The notes beneath the pieces are model-generated. The model saw only the letters and a program-made list of their open reading frames with translations, did no database searches and was not told the origin of the DNA. From IMG/VR virus record IMGVR_UViG_3300037042_007110, positions 1-64,000 of that record: DNA of 64,000 nt; one strand, given 5' to 3'. The first letter of the stretch is position 1. Each line of letters begins with the position of its first letter. This DNA is from an uncultured virus (IMG/VR IMGVR_UViG_3300037042_007110). Taxonomy: Duplodnaviria > Heunggongvirae > Uroviricota > Caudoviricetes. Positions 27,880 to 36,514 of the stretch are shown here, piece by piece. The position numbers and the translations under genes were made by a program.

Positions 27880-27913
27880 AACTCGGTGCCGAGTGGCGCC
27901 GACGGAGGCTGAA

Positions 27914-28864
27914 ATGACGGGAGAAGAGATCAAGAACGGGACCGCCGGGGTGGTGGTCGTCGCGGACGCCGGAAACGTAGCCGGGAGGGTCGTCTACTGG
28001 CGGCTCGCCGGAACCGTCGAACACGAGGTACTCGTGGACGCGTGGGCCGAGGCCGACCTGGACCTCGCGCTCCTGCCCTCGCCGCCGAGCCCGCTTCACT
28101 CGTTGCGCCGAACGATGGCCGTGCTGACGGGCACGCGCTCCAAGCGGCGGCTGCTCGTCCGCCCGCTGGGCCGCGGAGTGGATGGGTTCGCCCTGGTCCA
28201 CGAGGCGGCGGACGGCCGCGACCTGGAGCACGCGACGATCCTGACCGCGTCCATCTCCGACGAGCGGACGGAGGCTGGAACGCCGATCCTCGACGTCCGG
28301 CCCGGCCCGGCGCTCAACATCATCGACCTGGACGCGGCGGGGTGGGCCAACGGAGGCGTTCAGCGCGACGTTCAGCGCCAGTTCGGCGTCGCCTGCATGG
28401 AGCACGACCCGGGCGCGACCTCGTACTGGCTCACGAACCTGTTGCCCAAGATGAACGCGGTGTCGCTGCGGGACAAGGGCGGTGTGTACTTCCTTCCGCG
28501 CGACATGATCCCCGTCTGGGACCGCATGGTCGAGGTCATTCGAAGCGTCTCCGACCACGCCATCTTCCAGCTCCCCGCGATGCAGACGCAGGACGCCGTG
28601 GACGCGATCCTCGACGCCGTGACGCAGGAGGCAAAGACGCTCGCGACCAGCATCGAGCGCGAGCTGAACGACGGCGAGGAGCTCGGCAAGCGGGCGCTCC
28701 AGACCCGCGTGCGGTACTGCGACGAGATGCGCGCCAAGCTGGACAGGTACGCGGAGCTGCTCGACACGAAGCTCGACGACATCGACGCGCGGCTCGACTC
28801 GCTCAAGGCCAACGTGGCGCAGGCAATCCTGATGGCGGAAGCGGAGGAGGGTGCCCATGAGTAG
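27914..28864 (+). CDS. Helical protein of the DUF3150/DUF6744-like type found beside AAA/VWA genes
   Basis: VVYWRL, LPSPPSP, SLRDKGGVYFLP motifs and C-terminal coiled coil; GGAGG RBS. Confidence 0.6.
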   Translation: MTGEEIKNGTAGVVVVADAGNVAGRVVYWRLAGTVEHEVLVDAWAEADLDLALLPSPPSPLHSLRRTMAVLTGTRSKRRLLVRPLGRGVDGFALVHEAADGRDLEHATILTASISDERTEAGTPILDVRPGPALNIIDLDAAGWANGGVQRDVQRQFGVACMEHDPGATSYWLTNLLPKMNAVSLRDKGGVYFLPRDMIPVWDRMVEVIRSVSDHAIFQLPAMQTQDAVDAILDAVTQEAKTLATSIERELNDGEELGKRALQTRVRYCDEMRAKLDRYAELLDTKLDDIDARLDSLKANVAQAILMAEAEEGAHE

Positions 28865-30476
28865 GCGCGACGAGCGGAGGGCGGCGGTCGAGAAGTCGAA
28901 GCGGCTCAGCCCGGAGCAGAAGCTGTCGACGGCGCGGTACATGGCGCGTCGGCGGTTCGGCTACTACGGGGCGAGCTTCGTGAAGCTCGTTCCCGTCTGG
29001 GTCGAACGCGGCGCGGTCGGGACGGTCGGCATCCTGCCGAACTACGTCATGCTGGTGGACCCGGAACCGCTGGACCGCTGGTCGGTGTCCGAGCTGGAAG
29101 GCGTCCTATGCCACGAGGTTCAGCACCCCATTCGCGGCCATGCCGAGCGCGGAGAGAAGCTGGCCCGCAGCCTGGGGCTGGACCACGATGCGTTCTTCCC
29201 GCTGTGGAACATCGCGACGGACATGGAGATCAACGACGACCTCGTCGCGGCCGGCGTCACGTTGCCAGACGATGGTGGAATCCTTGCCGAGAAGTTCGGC
29301 CTGGAACGTGGCTGGACCGCGGAGGCGTACTTCCGGGCGCTCCTCAAGGAGCAGCAGAGCTGTCAGCAGTGCGGCCGTGAGGGCAAGGGGAAGCAGGGCA
29401 AGGGCGACGCCGCCGGCGAGCAGAATGGCAAGGGCACGGAGGAGGGCGACCCGGGCGAGCAGGACCAAGACGCCGAGGGCGAGGGCGAGGGCGAGGGTGC
29501 TGGGAAGGGCAAGGCGAAGGGCCAGGCAGCGCGCAGCGGGAAGTCTGGAACGGGGAAGGGCGAGGGCGGGCAACCCGGGAAGGACGACGCTGGCGGCGGC
29601 CCAGAGGCCAGCGGTAGCCGAAGCAACGGCAACTGCCCGGCGTGTGGAAAGAACGCACCGCAGAAGCCCGTGGCCGGCGGTGGCTGGGACGGGTCGGGCG
29701 GCGGCCGGCCGCTCCCCATCGAGAAGACGTACGCGCCGCAGACCGACAAGGTCGGCCGCACCCCGGCCGAGCAGCGAGCCATCCAGCGTCAGGTCGCGGA
29801 AGCGGTGCGTGCCGCGGCCGCAAAGGGGCGGGGTGACGTTCCGGGCGGGCTCGTGCGCTGGGCCGAGGAGTTCCTGAAGCCGCCGAAGGTCGACTGGCGC
29901 ACCAAGCTCGGCGAGGTCTGCCGAACCGCCGTGAAGTACCGCGCCGGGGCGACGACGTACACGTACAGCCGACCGTGCCGTCGCCAAGCCGTCTACGGGT
30001 TCGGACCGGGCCGGCCAATCCTCCCGGACATGGTCCAGCCCGTTCCGCGCGTGGCGATTGCCGTGGACACGAGCGGCTCCATGTCGCCGCGCGAGCTTGC
30101 CGACGCAGTCTGCGAGGCGGACGGCATCCTGAAGGCAATCGGCGCGTCGGCAACCTTCATCGCCTGCGACGCCACGGTTGGAGCACTCCGCGAGGTCAGG
30201 ACGCGCCGAGAGGTGCTGGCCGCCCTGGTCGGCGGTGGCGGAACGGACTTCCGCCCCGTGTTCGAGGCGGTCGAGAAGCTCCGGCCGCGGCCGGAGGTCG
30301 TGGTCTTCGCGACGGACGGGCAGGGGCCGGCTCCCGCTCGCCCGCCCGCCGGGGTCAAGACCGTGTGGCTGCTCGTCGGCCGCGGGGCGCAGAAGCCGTG
30401 GTTCCCGACAGGAACGCAGCCGTGGGGCGAGTTCGTGGAGATCAAATCCGACGACGTGGAAGGGGCTAGCGCGTGA
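28857..30476 (+). CDS. DUF2201-like putative metallopeptidase fused to VWA domain
   Basis: HEVQH (HExxH), WNIATDMEIND, low-complexity Gly/Glu/Lys linker, VDWR, MIDAS DTSGS, GGGGTDF, ATDG. Confidence 0.9.
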   Translation: MSRRDERRAAVEKSKRLSPEQKLSTARYMARRRFGYYGASFVKLVPVWVERGAVGTVGILPNYVMLVDPEPLDRWSVSELEGVLCHEVQHPIRGHAERGEKLARSLGLDHDAFFPLWNIATDMEINDDLVAAGVTLPDDGGILAEKFGLERGWTAEAYFRALLKEQQSCQQCGREGKGKQGKGDAAGEQNGKGTEEGDPGEQDQDAEGEGEGEGAGKGKAKGQAARSGKSGTGKGEGGQPGKDDAGGGPEASGSRSNGNCPACGKNAPQKPVAGGGWDGSGGGRPLPIEKTYAPQTDKVGRTPAEQRAIQRQVAEAVRAAAAKGRGDVPGGLVRWAEEFLKPPKVDWRTKLGEVCRTAVKYRAGATTYTYSRPCRRQAVYGFGPGRPILPDMVQPVPRVAIAVDTSGSMSPRELADAVCEADGILKAIGASATFIACDATVGALREVRTRREVLAALVGGGGTDFRPVFEAVEKLRPRPEVVVFATDGQGPAPARPPAGVKTVWLLVGRGAQKPWFPTGTQPWGEFVEIKSDDVEGASA

Positions 30477-30495
30477 GCACACGGTGGAGCAACAG

Positions 30496-30553
30496 GAGGG
30501 ATCACTCCGCCGCCAATGTTTCGCTTGCTACGAATGCAACGCAGGGGTAAGCT
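30496..30553 (+). promoter_or_regulatory. Putative sigma70-type promoter/operator region P2
   Basis: TTGCTA (30525-30530)-N17-TAAGCT (30548-30553); GAGGGATCACTCC (30496-30508) and TGCTACGAATGCA (30526-30538). Confidence 0.65.
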
Positions 30554-30613
30554 GAGGTCTGGTCGAGTACCGCGGATGACGGGCCGCGGGGAAAGAAGCG
30601 AAGGAGGCTGGTC

Positions 30614-31810
30614 ATGGACATCAATGCCGTACTGAAGGTCGCGTGGTTCACCCCGGGGCTGAACGGGCGGTGGGGCTTGCCGCTGCTGTTCTGGGGACCG
30701 CCTGGCGTGGGCAAGACGCGCCGCATCGAGGAAGCCGCCCGTCGGTGCGGGCTGGTCTGCAATACCATGCTCGGGTCCATCCGACGGCCCGAGGACTTCG
30801 GCGGCTTCCCGATCCCCGTGCTGAAGGGGAAGTCGACGTACATGGAGTTCGCGCCGCCCGCGTGGGCCGCGGACGTCGAGGTCGAAGGCGGCGGCCGGGG
30901 CGTGGTGCTCACCGACGAGCTGACCACGGTCGAGCCGCAGACCCAGAAGGCGTTGCTCAGGATGGTGCTGGACGGCTTCCTGGGCGACCACGAGCTGAGC
31001 AAGATGATCCGCTTCACCGCGGCCGCGAACAGCGTCATGGACGCGGTGGGCGGGTATGACCTGGGCGGGCCGCTCGCGAACCGCTTCGGTCACCTCGACT
31101 TCGACAAGCCCGACGCCCGCGAGTGGTGCGACTGGCTCATCGGCGTCAACGGCACCTCAGAGCATGAAGACGACGACGTCCTCGACCCCACGGTCGAGGA
31201 AGCCCGGGTGCTGAACGCTTGGCCCGCCGCCTTTGCGAAGGCCAAGGGCATCGTCGGCGCCTTCATCAAGTCGTTCGAGCAACACCTCCACGACCAGCCC
31301 GAGGCGGGGAGCGAGGCGCGCGGTCGGGCGTGGCCGTCGCCCCGCACCTGGGAGATGGCGACCAGGGCGCTCGCCGGGTGCTTCGTCCATCGCGCCGACG
31401 AGGCCGTGCGCGACGACCTGATAACCGCGTTCGTTGGGGCGGGTGCCTGTGCCCAGCTCGTGACCTTCATCGTCGACGTTGCCCTTCCGGACCCGGAGAT
31501 GCTGCTCGACGGACGCATCGCCTGGACGCACGAACCGCACCGCCTGGACAGGACGGACGCCGTGATGGCCGCCTGCGCGGCGCTCGTGCGGAGTGACCGC
31601 TGCGAACGGCGGGAAGCGCGTGTGGAGGCGCTGTGGGGCATCATCGACCGGATCGTCACAGACGCGTCGGTGTACGACCTGGTCGTGACCGCGGCGCGGG
31701 CCGCCATCTCGACGCGGCTGGCCACCGGCTGCTCCGCGAAGCAACACGCGCTCGTCAACCTGCTGCCGTTCCTGAACGCGGCGGACATCCAGCCCGGAGA
31801 GACGGTCTGA
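30614..31810 (+). CDS. MoxR-type AAA+ ATPase
   Basis: Walker A GPPGVGKT, Walker B LTDE, sensor AAAN, arginine finger LANRF, WPSPRTWE; adjacent to VWA gene. Confidence 0.92.
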   Translation: MDINAVLKVAWFTPGLNGRWGLPLLFWGPPGVGKTRRIEEAARRCGLVCNTMLGSIRRPEDFGGFPIPVLKGKSTYMEFAPPAWAADVEVEGGGRGVVLTDELTTVEPQTQKALLRMVLDGFLGDHELSKMIRFTAAANSVMDAVGGYDLGGPLANRFGHLDFDKPDAREWCDWLIGVNGTSEHEDDDVLDPTVEEARVLNAWPAAFAKAKGIVGAFIKSFEQHLHDQPEAGSEARGRAWPSPRTWEMATRALAGCFVHRADEAVRDDLITAFVGAGACAQLVTFIVDVALPDPEMLLDGRIAWTHEPHRLDRTDAVMAACAALVRSDRCERREARVEALWGIIDRIVTDASVYDLVVTAARAAISTRLATGCSAKQHALVNLLPFLNAADIQPGETV

Positions 31811-31811
31811 G

Positions 31812-32246
31812 ATGAAGACGGTCGGGCAGCCGAGGGTGCCGCCGACATCCGTCAAGCCACGGCTTCCGCGCGCCTACGCGGAAGCCGTGGCCTGGCTGAC
31901 CTTCCACCTACCGCCCGCGCACGCTCGGAATGTCCAAGTCGAGGAGGCCTCCCGGCGGCTCGGTGGGCCACGGGAGGCACCGCTCCAGCCGACGCGGCGA
32001 CGGATCGTCATCCTGGACGTGGCCATGGCGCGGCTCTCCGGCAGCGCCGTGCTGTTCTACCCTGTGCGGATGCTGGTCGAGGAATCGGGCGTGCCCCTAT
32101 GGAACTCGGAGTGGGACGCCTACGACGAACCGGGGCTCCGCAAGTTGGAGTCGACCGTGCGGAGCTTCGGTTGCCTTGTAAGACGGGTCCCGCGGGTTCC
32201 TCCGCGGGTGGCTGGAGGCGACGATGGAAATCGAGAAGGTCGTTGA
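31812..32246 (+). CDS. Hypothetical protein
   Basis: Starts 1 nt after AAA+ gene; contains LPP...EEASRRLGG, a loose variant of the recurrent motif. Confidence 0.5.
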   Translation: MKTVGQPRVPPTSVKPRLPRAYAEAVAWLTFHLPPAHARNVQVEEASRRLGGPREAPLQPTRRRIVILDVAMARLSGSAVLFYPVRMLVEESGVPLWNSEWDAYDEPGLRKLESTVRSFGCLVRRVPRVPPRVAGGDDGNREGR

Positions 32247-32754
32247 ATCCCTGGTCAAGCGGTATGCGATACGGTATCCGCACGCGGATCGCGACGACCT
32301 TGGCCAGACGGCATGGGAAGCTGCTGCGTGCGCCCAGCGCACCTGGAAGGCGGACGGCGGGGCGCTGCTCACGTCGTACGTCTGGCGGGCGGTCAACACC
32401 GCGCTCTGGCGCGAAGTCGTGTACCAGTGGAGCCCGGTCCACGCCGGGACCAGGAAGCTGGGCGCGCTGCTCTGCGACACGCGGTCAGTGCCGCTCGAGG
32501 AGTTCCACAGCGAGGCCGAGTCGGCAGACCGATTGCTGGACCGGGCACGCGCCTTCCGCCGGCTGCGGGAAGCCATCGAGGCACGGCCGGATGGGGCACT
32601 CGCCCTGACCTACCTGCTCGGCGACGAGCCGGCGACGGCTGTGGCAAAGCGGCTGGGCGTGCGCGTCGAGGACATTCGCGCCGTCGCGAGGGCGACGTGC
32701 GCCGCAGTCCGTGAAGACGAGACGCTGCGCGAGGTGGCGTTGGCGCTCCGCTGA
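32224..32754 (+). CDS. Sigma-70 family RNA polymerase sigma factor (small, region 2 + region 4)
   Basis: DRDDLGQTAW..A..TWKADGGALLTSYVWRAV region-2 pattern; C-terminal HTH ATAVAKRLGV. Confidence 0.8.
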   Translation: MEIEKVVESLVKRYAIRYPHADRDDLGQTAWEAAACAQRTWKADGGALLTSYVWRAVNTALWREVVYQWSPVHAGTRKLGALLCDTRSVPLEEFHSEAESADRLLDRARAFRRLREAIEARPDGALALTYLLGDEPATAVAKRLGVRVEDIRAVARATCAAVREDETLREVALALR

Positions 32755-32765
32755 AGGAGAGCGGC

Positions 32766-33416
32766 ATGTATGCCCATCCGGAGACGGACAACGAGGCCAG
32801 GATCATCGAGGCGGAGGCGCGGCTTCAGCCCAGACGGACGCGGGTCATCGTTGTGTGCCACCGCTGCGGGCAGAACTACGTGGCCGGCATGGGGCACCAC
32901 GAAAGCGACTGGTGTCGTGTCGCTGAGGCGCAGCGCCGGTGGGCGGGGCGGGGAATGACGGTCGTCCATTCCGGGGTGCTTGGCATTGCCGCGGACGCAG
33001 GCGTTCGCGTCGTCCAAGACATCGGCGGGTTCGCGTACTCGTACGGAAGCTACAAACTCGCCAAGGCCGAGTCCCGGCCGTACGTGCCAAAGTGGTTCGC
33101 GAAGGTTGTCGGCGCGACGCAGTATATGCAGCGACCGAGGCGCGTGCTGCTCTTGCGGGTGTTGCAGGACCAGCGTTTCAGGCTGGCCCGCGCGTTCATA
33201 GCGGAGCGCGGCACGGCGTGGCTTGAGCTCCCGATCGCGAACATTCGGAAGGCGCGGCTCCGCGCGCCGCACTACCCCTGGTCACGCATGATGGACGAGG
33301 TCGCCGGCGCATGGGGGCACGTCCTCGTGACCCCGCCGATGTGGCAGTCGAAGAGTCAGGAGGAGCGGGCGCTCCGCGAGCAACTTCGGTGCGAGGACTA
33401 CACGGACACCGTGTAG
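32766..33416 (+). CDS. Hypothetical protein with CxxC..H..C zinc-binding motif
   Basis: AAGGAG RBS; CHRC...HESDWC; N-terminal EAEARLQ. Confidence 0.55.
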   Translation: MYAHPETDNEARIIEAEARLQPRRTRVIVVCHRCGQNYVAGMGHHESDWCRVAEAQRRWAGRGMTVVHSGVLGIAADAGVRVVQDIGGFAYSYGSYKLAKAESRPYVPKWFAKVVGATQYMQRPRRVLLLRVLQDQRFRLARAFIAERGTAWLELPIANIRKARLRAPHYPWSRMMDEVAGAWGHVLVTPPMWQSKSQEERALREQLRCEDYTDTV

Positions 33417-33450
33417 GCGGCCGCGGGAGCGGACCGCGAGAGGTGAAGTC

Positions 33451-33681
33451 ATGGGAGGACCAGGGAAGTTGGTGGATAAGATGCGGCGGGCCGGGTACAT
33501 GACCGTCCACGAGGCTGCTCGCCGGGCCGGCGTCCACGCGACGACGATCTACAGACTGATCGACAGCGGCACCGTGGGAGGGCTCCGCATTGGGCGGTTC
33601 CGCTTCGTACATGCAGCCCAGCTCGGCGCCTACTACCCAGAGCCGGTACGCTCGATGATCTTGTCCGAGGCGGCCGCATGA
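33451..33681 (+). CDS. Excisionase-like HTH DNA-binding protein
   Basis: YMTVHEAARRAGVHATTIYRLIDSG...RIGR pattern (HTH_17-like). Confidence 0.85.
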   Translation: MGGPGKLVDKMRRAGYMTVHEAARRAGVHATTIYRLIDSGTVGGLRIGRFRFVHAAQLGAYYPEPVRSMILSEAAA

Positions 33682-35105
33682 AGCTCGAGATCGGCAACTG
33701 CGCGACGCGGGTGGTTGCGGCTTCGGACGACGAGACCAGGTGGCTCATCGGCTACCTGACCTTCGTGGACGAGAGCAACGCCTTCCGGCAGCAACGGGGC
33801 GGGCGCGCGAAGCGGGTCAAGCCTCCGCGCATCCGGCTATACGATCCGCTCTCGGACACGTTTCCGAGCGGGCTGCTCCGCTTGGTACACGACCGGGCGA
33901 AGGAGCAGGGGTTCAGCGTGGAATGGCGGGACGCCCGCCAGCCGGGGCTGCAGCGCGACCCCGCCGCAGACCTCGCTTGGCTGCGACCCTACCAGCGCGA
34001 CGCACTGGAGGCGGCCATCAAGGGCGAGCGCGGGTTGCTTTGGCTGGCAACGGGAGGCGGAAAGACGGAGGTCGCAATCGGGTTGACCCGGGCGTTGCCC
34101 GGGAAGTGGCTGTTCGTGGTTCACCGCTCCAGCATCATGTACGAGGTCGCCGAGCGGTACGACAAGCGGACGGCCGAGCACGGGCTCGCCCTTGCCCCGG
34201 CCGCGCGGTTCGGGGACGGGCATCACGACCTTGGGGACTTCACCGTCGGGACGTTCCAGACCATCTACGCCAAGCTCGCCGCGCCGGAAGGGCGGGCACT
34301 GGTCGCCGGAACCCGCGGGCTCATCGTGGACGAGGCCCACACGCTTCCGGCGCGGACCTTCTACGGAGTGGCCATGGAGTTCGTGCACGCCCGGCACAGG
34401 ATCGGCCTCTCGGGCACCCCGCTGGACCGAGAGGACAGGCGGTCGCTGATGGCGGTCGGCGCTCTCGGTCCTGTCGTCTACCGCCTCCGTGCTGAGGCGC
34501 TCATCGAGGCTGGCGTCCTGGCTGCTCCCACGGTGCGCATGGTCCCAGTCGAGCAGTACGTCATCCGGCCAACGTACCGCGGGGTCTACGGCGAGGCGGT
34601 CGTCCGGTCGAAGGAACGGAACGACGCACTCGTCGCCATCGCGAAGTTCGCGCGGAAGCCCGCGTTGGTCTTCGTCAAGCTGACCGCGCACGGAATGGCG
34701 CTCCGGACGCTGATGGAGAAGGCAGGCCTTCGGGTTGCGTTCGTGTGGGGGAACTCTCAGCAGGCGACGCGGAGCAACGCCATTCGGTCCCTGGAACGGG
34801 GCGACCTGGACGTGGTCATTTGTTCGGTCGTCTGGCAGGAGGGCATCGACATCCCGGCGCTCGCAAGCGTCATCGTCGGCGCGGGCGGCAAGAGCACAAT
34901 CGCTGCTCTCCAGAGAATCGGTCGTGGAATGCGCCGACCCGACGGGAAGGACGGGTTCGACGTGTGGGACATCAACGACGTGGGCACCCCTGTGCTCGAG
35001 CGCCACTCCAAGACGCGGCGCCGGGCTTACGAACGGGAGGGCTTCGACGTGAGCGATCACGCGCTGGCCCAGTTACCCCTATGCGACTTGGCCAAGGCGA
35101 GCTAG
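33678..35105 (+). CDS. Superfamily 2 DNA helicase (UvsW/XPB-like)
   Basis: LRPYQ, ATGGGKT, DEAH, SGT, EGIDIP, QRIGRGMR motifs. Confidence 0.93.
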   Translation: MKLEIGNCATRVVAASDDETRWLIGYLTFVDESNAFRQQRGGRAKRVKPPRIRLYDPLSDTFPSGLLRLVHDRAKEQGFSVEWRDARQPGLQRDPAADLAWLRPYQRDALEAAIKGERGLLWLATGGGKTEVAIGLTRALPGKWLFVVHRSSIMYEVAERYDKRTAEHGLALAPAARFGDGHHDLGDFTVGTFQTIYAKLAAPEGRALVAGTRGLIVDEAHTLPARTFYGVAMEFVHARHRIGLSGTPLDREDRRSLMAVGALGPVVYRLRAEALIEAGVLAAPTVRMVPVEQYVIRPTYRGVYGEAVVRSKERNDALVAIAKFARKPALVFVKLTAHGMALRTLMEKAGLRVAFVWGNSQQATRSNAIRSLERGDLDVVICSVVWQEGIDIPALASVIVGAGGKSTIAALQRIGRGMRRPDGKDGFDVWDINDVGTPVLERHSKTRRRAYEREGFDVSDHALAQLPLCDLAKAS

Positions 35106-36502
35106 AGCGACACCTGGGCACCTCGGCTGCGTGCCTCTGGCGGGTGCTGGTTGCCGCCGCCCACGGAGGCTACGTGACGCTCTGCGCGTTCGAGATGGAG
35201 ACGGCCTCCGGGCTCACCCCGAAGCAGACGCGCCACGCGCTGGAACGCCTCCGGGTCGCTGGGTTGCTCAGCTCGGCGTCAGGCTCGTCGTCCGTGCGCC
35301 GGGTGCGCGGCTCCGTCCTCGGTGCCGACGACGTCGTCCCGAAGGCTGCCTTGCGGCGGGCCGAAGGCGGGCGGCGCGGCAACGGGAAGGACGTGGGCGC
35401 GCAGGCGGGGCGGCAAGCGGGGCGACAAGCGGGGCGACAAACGGGGCGACAAACAGAGGAGCAGCGCGAAACAACTCTGGAAATAGGATTGGGCACCGCA
35501 AGCAAGATGGCCAGTCCAAAGGACGGCGTTCTAGACGGAGTCGGGGCGGAGTCTGCCCTCCCCTACGGGGAGGTGCAGCCCGGGGCGGTGCATGCGCTCG
35601 CGCGAAGCCGCGCGCCCGCGAAGGACATCGTGGACATGACGTTGGTAACTATGGAGTCTTACTCGCTCACTTCGTTCGCTCGTAAGACGTGCCCCGCGTC
35701 CGGGACGCAGGGCACGCCTTGCGGGGAATTTGTCGAACATCGAGACGGGGTTGCGGGGGTTGTCGCCCCATCAGCAGGCCCTTCCGACGCGCCGGACGGA
35801 GCCCCAAGGCGGGGCGTGCGGGAGCTGCTGGCGCTGCCGTTCGTGCCGAGTCTGCGCCTGCCCGATGGGCGCTCCGCGGAGCTGGCCGTTCGTACTCCGA
35901 ACCCGCCGCCGGCCACGCCCACGACGGCCGGACCCGACGTGTGTCGGCATCTCGGGCGGCTGTGGCTGACCGCTCGGCGGGCGCTCCAGAACGTGGACGA
36001 TGTCCGGGCGCACTCGCTGGCGAAGGGTCACGGGCAGCTCGGCGTTGCTGCTCTGGACTTCTGGGCTGCCTGCGCCGAGCATAGCGTGGAGCCCGCTGAG
36101 TGGGTGGCGTGGTCGTTGGAGTGGTGGTCGCGTGAGAAGGGCGGGCAGCCGCCGATCAAGCTCGTCCTGTCCGGGGACCAGGTGCAGAAGGGGCGCGTTC
36201 GTCGAATGTACCGTATCCGGCAGCGGCACCTTGGCGGGCGCGTCACCTACGACCCGGTCGGCCGGGCGTTCCTGTACCGCTTCCGTGCGATGGAGCGCAA
36301 GCTGGATGCCCTTGTGGCGCGGACGGCGGGAGCAGCCGGAGACGACCAGGTACGTTCCGTCGTTTCCGAGTTCTTCCCGCGTGGTGCGGAGCACGCGGCG
36401 GCTCTGCTCGCGGAAGTCCATTCACGCTGCGTCACCGCGATGAGCGGGCTCCGCGACGACGCCGCACGCGGGACGTTCATCTGGGTCGACGGAGCGCAAT
36501 AA
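35081..36502 (+). CDS. Putative replication initiator / winged-HTH protein
   Basis: N-terminal wHTH (EMETASGLTPKQTRHALERLRVAGLL), internal 12-bp tandem repeats, directly upstream of DnaB-like helicase; start uncertain. Confidence 0.5.
   Translation: MRLGQGELERHLGTSAACLWRVLVAAAHGGYVTLCAFEMETASGLTPKQTRHALERLRVAGLLSSASGSSSVRRVRGSVLGADDVVPKAALRRAEGGRRGNGKDVGAQAGRQAGRQAGRQTGRQTEEQRETTLEIGLGTASKMASPKDGVLDGVGAESALPYGEVQPGAVHALARSRAPAKDIVDMTLVTMESYSLTSFARKTCPASGTQGTPCGEFVEHRDGVAGVVAPSAGPSDAPDGAPRRGVRELLALPFVPSLRLPDGRSAELAVRTPNPPPATPTTAGPDVCRHLGRLWLTARRALQNVDDVRAHSLAKGHGQLGVAALDFWAACAEHSVEPAEWVAWSLEWWSREKGGQPPIKLVLSGDQVQKGRVRRMYRIRQRHLGGRVTYDPVGRAFLYRFRAMERKLDALVARTAGAAGDDQVRSVVSEFFPRGAEHAAALLAEVHSRCVTAMSGLRDDAARGTFIWVDGAQ
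35402..35454 (+). repeat. 12-bp tandem repeat CA(A/G)(G/A)CGGGGCG(A/G) x4 plus partial copy (candidate iterons)
   Basis: CAGGCGGGGCGG CAAGCGGGGCGA CAAGCGGGGCGA CAAACGGGGCGA CAAAC read directly. Confidence 0.9.
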
Positions 36503-36514
36503 CCCGGGGCGACC

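Noticed and set aside
29360..29720. Gly/Glu/Lys-rich stretch as an inserted element or intein
   Set aside because: Low-complexity linkers between the peptidase-like and VWA domains are usual in this family; no intein terminal motifs seen
33451..33681. Excisionase implying an integrated prophage
   Set aside because: No integrase, att site or host genes in the window; this HTH family is common as a general regulator
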